Assembly: GCA_027483645.1 (NCBI GenBank)
Contig: JAIXUD010000023.1
Coordinates: 90,639-154,638 of the forward strand
Reading direction: 5' to 3'
Length of the DNA stretch: 64,000 nt
Origin: Sphingobacteriales bacterium
GTDB lineage: Bacteria; Bacteroidota; Bacteroidia; Chitinophagales; CAIOSU01
This document shows, piece by piece, positions 56,497 to 64,000 of the stretch (its first letter is position 1; every line of letters begins with the position of its first letter). The notes beneath the pieces were generated by a model that was given only the letters and a program-made list of their open reading frames with translations, ran no database searches and was not told where the DNA came from. Both the position numbers and the translations under genes were made by a program.

Positions 56497-57348
56497 ATGA
56501 CGCAACTATTGCAAGAATACCTGCCTAACCTTGAAAGTAGCCTTACGCTGCACTGGCTAATTGCTTTTCTGGCATTGAGCATCCGCTATCTGCTGTTTGC
56601 TGGTATGGCTTATGGTATATTTTATGGTTGGAAACGCCGGGACTGGCTTTATAAAAAGATTCAGCAAAAGTACCCAGAGCAAAAGCGCATCACTTACGAA
56701 ATGCGCTACTCCTTTAGTAGCTTGGCTATTTTTGCTACGTTGGCCATCGGCATAAAGTTGGCTACCGAGGCTGGTTATACCCAAGTTTATAAAGACTTTG
56801 GCGCGTACGGCTGGGGCTACTTTATCTTTAGTGTGGTGGTGTTTATCTTCATCCATGACACTTACTTTTATTGGACCCACCGCGCCATGCACCACCCCAA
56901 GCTTTTTAGGCATGTGCATAAGGTACACCACATGAGCCACAACCCCACACCTTGGGCAGCTTTTTCGTTTCATCCGCTGGAGGCGTTGGTGGAGTTTGGC
57001 ATCATTCCCATTGTGGTATTTATGACGCCCTTGCACCCTATAGCCATCTTTATATTCGCGTTGTATATGGTGGTGCTCAACGTATTAGGCCATCTGGGTT
57101 TTGAGATTTTCCCGCGCGGGTTTACGCAGCACAAGTTGTTGGGTTGGCACAACACCAGTACCCACCACAACATGCACCACAAGCACGTAAACTGCAACTA
57201 CAGCCTCTACTTCAACATTTGGGACCGCCTGATGCGCACCAACCATGCTAAATACCACCAAGTATTTGATGAGGTAACCCACCGCCCGAAACCAATAGAA
57301 AAGGCAGTTGATGAAGAACAAATGGTGGATGGGTTGTTGGTGGATTAG
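56497..57348 (+). CDS. Sterol-desaturase/fatty-acid-hydroxylase family protein
   Basis: His boxes HDTYFYWTHRAMH, HKVHH, GHLG, HHNMHH; NYSLYFNIWDRL. Confidence 0.9.
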   Translation: MTQLLQEYLPNLESSLTLHWLIAFLALSIRYLLFAGMAYGIFYGWKRRDWLYKKIQQKYPEQKRITYEMRYSFSSLAIFATLAIGIKLATEAGYTQVYKDFGAYGWGYFIFSVVVFIFIHDTYFYWTHRAMHHPKLFRHVHKVHHMSHNPTPWAAFSFHPLEALVEFGIIPIVVFMTPLHPIAIFIFALYMVVLNVLGHLGFEIFPRGFTQHKLLGWHNTSTHHNMHHKHVNCNYSLYFNIWDRLMRTNHAKYHQVFDEVTHRPKPIEKAVDEEQMVDGLLVD

Positions 57349-57369
57349 TTGATTGGAGCAAATATGGTA

Positions 57370-57416
57370 ACGCCCCAACGGGGCATAAGAGTTTTAGCCG
57401 GGGGCACCGCCATCGG
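57370..57416. repeat. REP-like double-hairpin unit, copy 2
   Basis: ACGCCCCAACGGGGCATAAGAGTTTTAGCCGGGGGCACCGCCATCGG. Confidence 0.7.
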
Positions 57417-57600
57417 GAAGTAACGAGTTTCCGGAAACATATTGGCTTGAAGTCCACGTTCCTCTATCCATCACCACCATTTATAGTATTCCCTTGCCAG
57501 TTTTTTGGGCGAAACGCCTAACCTGCGTATATTAGCCTCCACAGCGACATCCACACATATAAATGGTTATCGCAAATCGTATCCATCGCAACTGTGTCTT

Positions 57601-58890
57601 ATGAAATACCCAAGGATTAATGCCGAACTATTTAGCTACAACCGCCAGCAGTTTATCGCCCAAATGAAAGACAACTCTATCGCCATCTTCCACTCCAGCG
57701 ATGTGATGCCGATGAGCGCTGATGCTTCATTCCCGTTCCGCCAAAATCCTGATTTGTTTTACCTAACCGGTATCGATCAAGAAGAAACCACGCTGATATT
57801 GTTCCCTGATGCGCCGGTGGAGGCGTACAAAGAGATGCTCTTCATCCGCCGCACGAATGAGGTGATTGCAGTGTGGGAAGGCGAGAAACTAACGCCCGAG
57901 CAAGCCAAGGAGCTTTCGGGAGCGAAGTACGTGTACATGAGCGATGAGTTTGACACCATGCTGAAGGTACTGATGAACCATGCGGACAATGTGTACCTAA
58001 ACCTAAACGAGCACGACCGCACCAGCAACCAAGTGCCATATAAAGATTTGCGCTTTGCCCAAGAGCTCCGCCAGCGCTACCCGTTGCACAACTTTAAGCG
58101 GTCGGCGCCCATTATGGAGGCGTTGAGGGAAATAAAGTCGGACATAGAGATTGAACTGCTGCGCAAATCGTGTGCGATTACCGAAAAGGCCTTTCACCGA
58201 GTGTTGAAGTTTACCAAGCCGGGCGTAAAGGAGTATGAGATTGAGGCGGAGATAATGCATGAGTTCCTGCGTAACGGCGCTACCGATTACGCCTATTACC
58301 CCATCATTGCCAGCGGTAAGGATAGTTGCATATTGCACTACGACAAAAACAATAAAGTATGTGTGGACGGCGAGGTATTGCTGCTCGACTTTGGCTGCAA
58401 ATATGCGGGTTATGATAGCGACATGAGCCGCACCATTCCTATCAATGGCCGTTTTACCCCGCGCCAGCGCCAAGTGTATGATGCCGTGTTGCGTACCATG
58501 CGCCACGCTACCAGTTTGCTAAGGCCGGGTATTTTGATTGAAGAATACCACAAAGAAGTGGGTACATTTATGACTAGCGAATTGATTGACCTGGGCTTGC
58601 TTACCCGCGCCGACGTGGACAAACAGAACCCTAAACACCCGCTGTACAAAAAGTACTTTATGCACGGCACCTCGCACTTCCTCGGGCTTAACACGCACGA
58701 CGTAGGCGATCGCTACCAACCGCTGAAAGCGGGTATGGTACTTACCTGCGAGCCGGGCATCTACATACCCGAAGAGCGCATCGGCATCCGTTTGGAGAAT
58801 GATATACTAGTTAGTCACCAAGAGCCGATTGACCTAATGGCCACTATACCAGTTGAGGCTGAGGAGATTGAGGCATTGATGAATAGCTAA
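57601..58890 (+). CDS. pepP: Xaa-Pro aminopeptidase (M24B)
   Basis: FRQN.DLFYLTG, ILHY, LLDFG...YDSDMSRT, HGTSHFLGLNTHD, TCEPGIY, IRLEND. Confidence 0.92.
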   Translation: MKYPRINAELFSYNRQQFIAQMKDNSIAIFHSSDVMPMSADASFPFRQNPDLFYLTGIDQEETTLILFPDAPVEAYKEMLFIRRTNEVIAVWEGEKLTPEQAKELSGAKYVYMSDEFDTMLKVLMNHADNVYLNLNEHDRTSNQVPYKDLRFAQELRQRYPLHNFKRSAPIMEALREIKSDIEIELLRKSCAITEKAFHRVLKFTKPGVKEYEIEAEIMHEFLRNGATDYAYYPIIASGKDSCILHYDKNNKVCVDGEVLLLDFGCKYAGYDSDMSRTIPINGRFTPRQRQVYDAVLRTMRHATSLLRPGILIEEYHKEVGTFMTSELIDLGLLTRADVDKQNPKHPLYKKYFMHGTSHFLGLNTHDVGDRYQPLKAGMVLTCEPGIYIPEERIGIRLENDILVSHQEPIDLMATIPVEAEEIEALMNS

Positions 58891-58901
58891 CAAAAGTCAG
58901 C

Positions 58902-60443
58902 TCAGCCCGTCCACATATCCCTATCCAAGCTGCGGAACTGTATGGCTTCAGCTAAGTGCTCTATTTTTATCTCTTCGCTACCAGCCAGATCGGCAATGGT
59001 GCGGCTAACTTTTAGTATGCGGTCGTAAGCGCGGGCGCTTAGGCCTAGGCGCTCCATGGCACGGTTCAGCAGGGTTTTACCCGCTTCGGTTATCTGGCAA
59101 TACTCTTTGATGGCCTTGGCACCTATGTGCGCATTGCAATGGATACCTTCCTTATCCTTGTAGCGTTCTTCTTGAATTTTACGGGCTTCTACCACTCGCA
59201 CGCGCACTACTTCGCTTTTCTCTGATTCCTCTTCAATGGATAGGTCGCTGGTGGGTAGCGGGGTCACTTCCACGTGGAGGTCGATACGGTCAAGAAGCGG
59301 CCCCGAAATCTTACTCATATAGCGTTGCACCACACCTGGCCCACACGAGCATTGCTTTGTAGGGTGATTATAGAAGCCACAGGGGCATGGATTAAGCGAA
59401 GCGATTAAAAGGAACGATGCCGGATAATCCACACTAAAGCGAGCACGCGAAATGGTTACCCTTCTATCTTCCATCGGTTGGCGCAATACTTCCAATACGG
59501 TGCGCTTAAACTCTGGCAACTCATCCAAAAACAGCACCCCGTTGTGCGAGAGGCTAATCTCTCCCGGCTGTGGGAAAGCCCCGCCGCCTACTAGGGCTAC
59601 ATCACTTATCGTATGGTGTGGTGCGCGGAATGGCCGCTCGTGCATGAGTGTGGCATTGGCGCCCAGCCTGCCACTTACGCTGTGTATCTTGGTGGTTTCC
59701 AGGGCCTCGTGCAAGGTCATGGGTGGTAGTATGGTGGGCAGGCGCTTGGCCAGCATGGTTTTTCCGGCACCGGGTGGGCCTATCAATATCACGTTGTGGC
59801 CACCGGCAGCGGCTATCTCTAGCGCGCGTTTGATGTTTTTTTGGCCCTTCACGTCGCTAAAGTCCAGCTCGGTGTGCGGTAGGTTGTTGAAGAACTCGTC
59901 GCGGGTATCCACAAACAGCGGCGTAAGGTCTTGCCTGCCTTCCAAAAAGTCGATTACTTCCTTTAAGTTATCTACGCCAAATACATCAATATCCTTTACG
60001 ATTGCTGCTTCGCGGGCATTAGCCTTGGGCAATATAAAGCCTTTAAACTTATCCTTTCGTGCCTGTATCGCTATAGGCAGGGCACCTTTGATGGGCTGTA
60101 GGTTACCATCTAGCGACAGCTCGCCCATGATAATATAATCCTCCAGTGGTCGCTTGGCATCCAACTGGCCTGAACTAGCTAAAGCCCCTAGGGCAATAGG
60201 CAAATCGTAAGCGGAACCTTCCTTCTTAATGTCGGCTGGGGCAAGATTTACAATGAATTTTTGGTGCGGCATCTTGTAGCCAAACTGCTTCAATGCACTT
60301 TCGATACGGAACAACCCCTCTTTCACCGCTGCATCTGGCAATCCCACCACAAAATAACCGGCTCCCTGCAGTTGGTTCGATTCGATAGTAATGGTAGCGG
60401 CATCCACCCCAAAAACCGCGCTTCCGTATGTTTTTACCAGCAT
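58902..60443 (-). CDS. comM: YifB/ComM Mg-chelatase-like AAA+ ATPase
   Basis: VGLPDAAVKE, NLAPAD..KEG..YDLP, GPPGAGKTMLAKRL, PFRAPHH, LFLDELPEF, NPCPCG, LSARAYDRILKVSRTIADL. Confidence 0.93.
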   Translation of the reverse strand: MLVKTYGSAVFGVDAATITIESNQLQGAGYFVVGLPDAAVKEGLFRIESALKQFGYKMPHQKFIVNLAPADIKKEGSAYDLPIALGALASSGQLDAKRPLEDYIIMGELSLDGNLQPIKGALPIAIQARKDKFKGFILPKANAREAAIVKDIDVFGVDNLKEVIDFLEGRQDLTPLFVDTRDEFFNNLPHTELDFSDVKGQKNIKRALEIAAAGGHNVILIGPPGAGKTMLAKRLPTILPPMTLHEALETTKIHSVSGRLGANATLMHERPFRAPHHTISDVALVGGGAFPQPGEISLSHNGVLFLDELPEFKRTVLEVLRQPMEDRRVTISRARFSVDYPASFLLIASLNPCPCGFYNHPTKQCSCGPGVVQRYMSKISGPLLDRIDLHVEVTPLPTSDLSIEEESEKSEVVRVRVVEARKIQEERYKDKEGIHCNAHIGAKAIKEYCQITEAGKTLLNRAMERLGLSARAYDRILKVSRTIADLAGSEEIKIEHLAEAIQFRSLDRDMWTG

Positions 60444-60517
60444 GTTTACTAAATATTATAGGCTGGTAATATTAGGCAAAAATGGGGAAATTTACATTAT
60501 TTAACACAAGAAAGAAA

Positions 60518-60871
60518 CTACTCCTTCTTTCCCTCATCTACCTTCGCCTGCACTTGCTCCCAACTGCCGCCGTTAACCACATTGGTATAGCCGTTCTTTT
60601 CTAATATAGTTTTGGCTTGCGAGCTGCGGCTGCCGCTGCGGCAAAAAACCACTATCTGGCCTTTGTTGTCAAACTCTGCCAAACGCTGCTCAAGCTCATC
60701 GAGCGGTATGTTGGTAGCGCCTGCTACGCCGCCTTCGGCGACCTCTTCTGGGGTGCGCACATCTACCAAAAAGGCATCTTTATAATCTACATTGTTGTTT
60801 TCTTGAGCCGTGCACGATTGCATGCCGAACAGGGTAGCTACTAGGGCTACCGTCATTACTATTGTTTTCAT
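60518..60871 (-). CDS. Rhodanese-like domain lipoprotein
   Basis: Lipoprotein signal ending GMQSC, LVDVRTPEE, active-site loop FCRSGSRS. Confidence 0.88.
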   Translation of the reverse strand: MKTIVMTVALVATLFGMQSCTAQENNNVDYKDAFLVDVRTPEEVAEGGVAGATNIPLDELEQRLAEFDNKGQIVVFCRSGSRSSQAKTILEKNGYTNVVNGGSWEQVQAKVDEGKKE

Positions 60872-60882
60872 AGTGTTTGTTT

Positions 60883-61158
60883 TTAGCGTTGTAGCATGGC
60901 TACGTAACTCCACGCGCCGCCGTTAAGCACATTAAATATACCGTTTTGTTGCAGAAAACTTTGTGCCTGGCTGCTACGGCCACCGCTTGCACAAAAAACC
61001 ACAACGGTGTTTTTGTCCTTAAACTGCTCTAGCTCAGTAGGTAAGCGGTCGAGGGGAATGTTGATGGCGCCTTTCACGCTGCCACCGGCAAACTCGCTTG
61101 GGGTGCGCACATCTACTAAAAAAGTAGTTTTACTATTGATTGCGTCTTGTAAGTTCAT
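60883..61158 (-). CDS. Rhodanese-like domain protein (cytoplasmic)
   Basis: LVDVRTPSEF, GAINIPL, FCASGGRS. Confidence 0.9.
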   Translation of the reverse strand: MNLQDAINSKTTFLVDVRTPSEFAGGSVKGAINIPLDRLPTELEQFKDKNTVVVFCASGGRSSQAQSFLQQNGIFNVLNGGAWSYVAMLQR

Positions 61159-61213
61159 GTTTGGTATTTTAAGTTAATCACTACATTTACCAAGCCAGTG
61201 GTGCTTGATAATA

Positions 61214-61257
61214 CAAATTTGCCATGGTTAAAATTGCCAAACGGTTACTTATGTCAC
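61214..61257 (-). promoter_or_regulatory. Crp/Fnr-type palindrome GTGAC-N4-GTAAC plus variant -7 element upstream of the rhodanese pair
   Basis: + strand GTTACTTATGTCAC at 61244-61257; 22-bp gap; CAAATTTG (TAnnTTTG variant) at 61214-61221. Confidence 0.5.
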
Positions 61258-61398
61258 ATAACGATAGATAGCTGAGTCATCTTGAATTCCATAAAATCGC
61301 CTCTCTATCCGCATATCCGCAACTAATAAATAACTCCTCGATGGAAATAATTATTTTTACCCGTCGTTAATATACCGGATTGCTAAATCTGCCCTGTT

Positions 61399-62523
61399 TT
61401 GAAATCAACCAACCAACTGTTTTTTATTGCTTTGTTGTTATTGATGCTACCCACGTATTTGGGCGCACAGGTAATTGGTGGCAACTCGGTATACGACTTC
61501 ATTAACCTGCCTTCTTCGGCTCGGGTTACTGGTGCGGGTGGCAACTTGATTACCGTTCGCGATGCAGACCTTAGCTTAGCCTATCACAACCCGGCATTGC
61601 TCAACTATAAAATGCACAACCGCGCCGTGCTAAGCATAGCGCCATACATTGCCGACATTAAGCATGGCTACATGGGCTATGCAAGGCATTATGATAGCAT
61701 CGGTACTACCTTTCATGCGGGCTTGCAGTTTGTTTCTTATGGCACTTTTTTAGGGAGGGATGAGACTGGCGCTAATACAGGCGATTTCGGCGCAGGGGAG
61801 TTTGCACTTACCTTGGGTGCTGCCCGCCAGTGGGACCGCTACAGCTATGGCGCCAACATGAAGCTCATTTACTCGGGCTTGGAAGATTACACATCCGTAG
61901 GTGCTGCCTTCGATTTTGCCGCTGCTTATGACGATACCGCTAAACGCTTTACCGCCACCTTGTTGCTTAAAAATGTGGGTTTCCAGTTCACACCCTACTA
62001 CTCAGGCTCAAGGGAGCCCTTGCCGTTCGATATACAGGTGGGTTTCTCCAAACGGCTTAAGTATGTGCCTTTCCGTATCAGTGTAATTGCCCACAACCTT
62101 ACTCGATGGAACATATTGTACGACGACCCCAATTTGGTGAGTACCGATAACTCCTTGTTTGGCGATACGGTGCAAGAGGATAAAAAAGCGGGTCAATTCT
62201 TTGACAATTTTGCGCGCCACCTGATTATAGGTGGAGAGCTTTACCTTGGCAAAGCCCTTTGGATAAACTTTGCCTACAACCACCAGCGCCGTGCCGAATT
62301 GGCACCCACCGTGCGCGCTGGTCTTTCGGGGTTCTCTTTTGGGTTGGGCATCAACATCAAGCAGTTTTCGTTTAGCTTAGGCAGGGCTAGGTACCACGCC
62401 AAACAAGCATCCACGCATGTTACCTTGGGTGTAAACATACACCAGCTGTACAAAAAGAACCGCCCACCAAAAAAAGTGAAGGATACCACCCCGCCAGTAT
62501 CGCAACCTACCCCAGAAAATTGA
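61399..62523 (+). CDS. porQ: Type IX secretion system outer-membrane protein PorQ
   Basis: AQVIGGNSVYDFINL..SAR...GG, NPALL, KNVG.Q, LPFD.Q.G.S.RLK..PFR, YNHQRR.E; immediately upstream of cmk. Confidence 0.85.
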   Translation: MKSTNQLFFIALLLLMLPTYLGAQVIGGNSVYDFINLPSSARVTGAGGNLITVRDADLSLAYHNPALLNYKMHNRAVLSIAPYIADIKHGYMGYARHYDSIGTTFHAGLQFVSYGTFLGRDETGANTGDFGAGEFALTLGAARQWDRYSYGANMKLIYSGLEDYTSVGAAFDFAAAYDDTAKRFTATLLLKNVGFQFTPYYSGSREPLPFDIQVGFSKRLKYVPFRISVIAHNLTRWNILYDDPNLVSTDNSLFGDTVQEDKKAGQFFDNFARHLIIGGELYLGKALWINFAYNHQRRAELAPTVRAGLSGFSFGLGINIKQFSFSLGRARYHAKQASTHVTLGVNIHQLYKKNRPPKKVKDTTPPVSQPTPEN

Positions 62524-62539
62524 TACCTTTATACCCGGA

Positions 62540-63238
62540 ATGAAGGACATCATTGTTGCTATTGACGGTTATTCCTCTTGCGGAAAAAGTACGCTTGCCC
62601 GAGCGTTGGCTGCCAAATATCATTATGCCTATGTGGACTCTGGCGCTATGTACCGCGCTGTTACCCTTTTCTTTTTAAACGAGAATATTGACTTTAGCGA
62701 CGATGAGCAAGTGCTAAAAGCGCTAGAGCAGATAAGCATTGGTTTCAAATTTAACCCCGAAGCCGATTGCAACGAAACTTACCTAAACGGCATGAACGTG
62801 GAGTATGCGATACGTGATATGCGGGTTTCTGCACAAGTAAGTGAGGTGAGCAAGATAAAAGCAGTGCGCGAGGCATTGGTGCAGTTTCAGCAAGAAATGG
62901 GCGAGCACCGCGGCATAGTAATGGATGGCAGGGATATTGGCACGGTGGTTTTCCCAGATGCGGAGTTGAAGCTGTTTATGACCGCCGAAATGAGTGTACG
63001 TGTGCAACGCCGCTACCTAGAGTTAATGGTCAAAGGCGATAGTATAACCATGGAGCAAGTTGCTGAGAACCTGCGCCACCGAGATCATATTGATACTACC
63101 CGCCAAGAAAGCCCGCTGCGCCAAGCACCCGATGCACTGGTGCTAGACAGTACCAACTTTACCGAAGAGGAACAATTAGACCTCGCCAGCCGTTGGGTGG
63201 AAGAGCGGATGCAAATGAAGCAGAATCAGGTATTGTAA
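62540..63238 (+). CDS. cmk: Cytidylate kinase
   Basis: AIDGYSSCGKST, DSGAMYRA, VMDGRDIGTVVFPDAELK, RD..D..R..SPL. Confidence 0.97.
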   Translation: MKDIIVAIDGYSSCGKSTLARALAAKYHYAYVDSGAMYRAVTLFFLNENIDFSDDEQVLKALEQISIGFKFNPEADCNETYLNGMNVEYAIRDMRVSAQVSEVSKIKAVREALVQFQQEMGEHRGIVMDGRDIGTVVFPDAELKLFMTAEMSVRVQRRYLELMVKGDSITMEQVAENLRHRDHIDTTRQESPLRQAPDALVLDSTNFTEEEQLDLASRWVEERMQMKQNQVL

Positions 63239-63298
63239 ATGTCAGAATCAGTCCTTCGGCTCCGCAGCCAATGACATAATCATGTTGCGAAAAAATTA

Positions 63299-63396
63299 AA
63301 CCACAAAGTACACTAAGAAAAAAAGGCACTAAGAACACAAAGTACATATAGCGGGCTTAGTGTTCTTTGTGAATTTACTTTGTGCTCTTTGTGGTT
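63299..63396. mobile_element. MITE-like 9-mer-family element, copy 3
   Basis: AACCACAAAGTACACTAAG...CACTAAGAACACAAAG...CTTAGTGTTCTTTGTG...CTTTGTGCTCTTTGTGGTT. Confidence 0.75.
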
Positions 63397-63506
63397 AACA
63401 CATAACACTGTCAACAGCAAAGGGTAATTCCAGCGGGAATCGGTGTACTCAAGATGACATTCTGAATGCTGAAATTCCTTAATTCTGTAAATTCTGATTC
63501 AGACAA

Positions 63507-64000
63507 TTGGAAAAGCACCTTCCTAACTTAAAATCCCTAGCCAAAACCCGCGAGGCGGAAACCACTAAGTATTTCAATAAACTGAAACGCCGCAAACCTG
63601 CTGCTTTAGATTCAACCGTGGCTGGTATCCACGAGGAGGTTTTTGCCCAAACCAACTGCCTTAACTGTGCCAATTGCTGCAAAACCACGGGTCCGCTCTT
63701 CACCCAACGAGATATGGACCGCATTGCCAAGCACCTCGGCATAAAAACGGGTGAGTTCATCCAGCGCTACCTATATATGGATGAGGATGGCGATTTTGTA
63801 TTGAAGCAAGTGCCTTGCGAGTTTTTAGGAGCGGACAATATGTGCAGCATTTATGAAGTGCGCCCACAAGCATGCCGCCAATACCCCCATACCGACCACA
63901 CCAACTTCTACCAAATACTCGATATTACCCTAAAGAACACCTTTATCTGCCCAGCGGCCTATGAAGTAGTGGAACGGTTGAAGAAGGCACTGCCAATGTG
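63507..64000 (+). CDS. YkgJ-family cysteine-cluster protein, runs to the window edge (absent from the ORF track)
   Basis: Manual translation from TTG 63507: ...HEEVFAQTNCLNCANCCKTTGP...PCEFLGADNMCSIYEVRPQACRQYPHTD...ICPAAYEVVERLKKALPM, then an incomplete codon TG-. Confidence 0.88.
   Translation, partial: MEKHLPNLKSLAKTREAETTKYFNKLKRRKPAALDSTVAGIHEEVFAQTNCLNCANCCKTTGPLFTQRDMDRIAKHLGIKTGEFIQRYLYMDEDGDFVLKQVPCEFLGADNMCSIYEVRPQACRQYPHTDHTNFYQILDITLKNTFICPAAYEVVERLKKALPM

Noticed and set aside
59452..60138. 228-aa + strand ORF
   Set aside because: Antisense shadow of the well-conserved comM gene, with no motif of its own.
63479..63760. 93-aa minus-strand ORF in the ORF track
   Set aside because: Shadow of the + strand YkgJ-family gene, which the track missed because its stop lies beyond the window.

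Overview
A 64-kb chromosomal stretch, most likely from a Bacteroidota bacterium. The assignment rests on T9SS/gliding genes gldM and porQ, a T9SS-CTD protease, TonB-dependent receptors, the moxR-DUF58-batABCDE cluster, porQ-cmk adjacency and TAnnTTTG -7 promoter elements. It holds about 50 mostly housekeeping or envelope genes and two large surface-protein genes: a partial collagen-like gene and a 2020-aa Ig/LTD-type mosaic. I found no rRNA, tRNA, CRISPR array, transposase, prophage or defence cluster. The main points of interest are: (1) many short palindromic, tandem-repeat-bounded intergenic elements (7-, 8- and 9-mer families, REPIN-like pairs, nested copies), one of which encodes the signal peptide of a bat-operon gene; (2) a stand-alone, self-terminated gldM next to an XRE regulator and a beta-barrel gene that are bracketed by two matching ECF-type promoter motifs; (3) a possible PPP-ending leader ORF plus a translationally coupled small membrane ORF in front of a SulP/beta-carbonic anhydrase operon. 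All product calls come from motif recognition by eye, not database searches.
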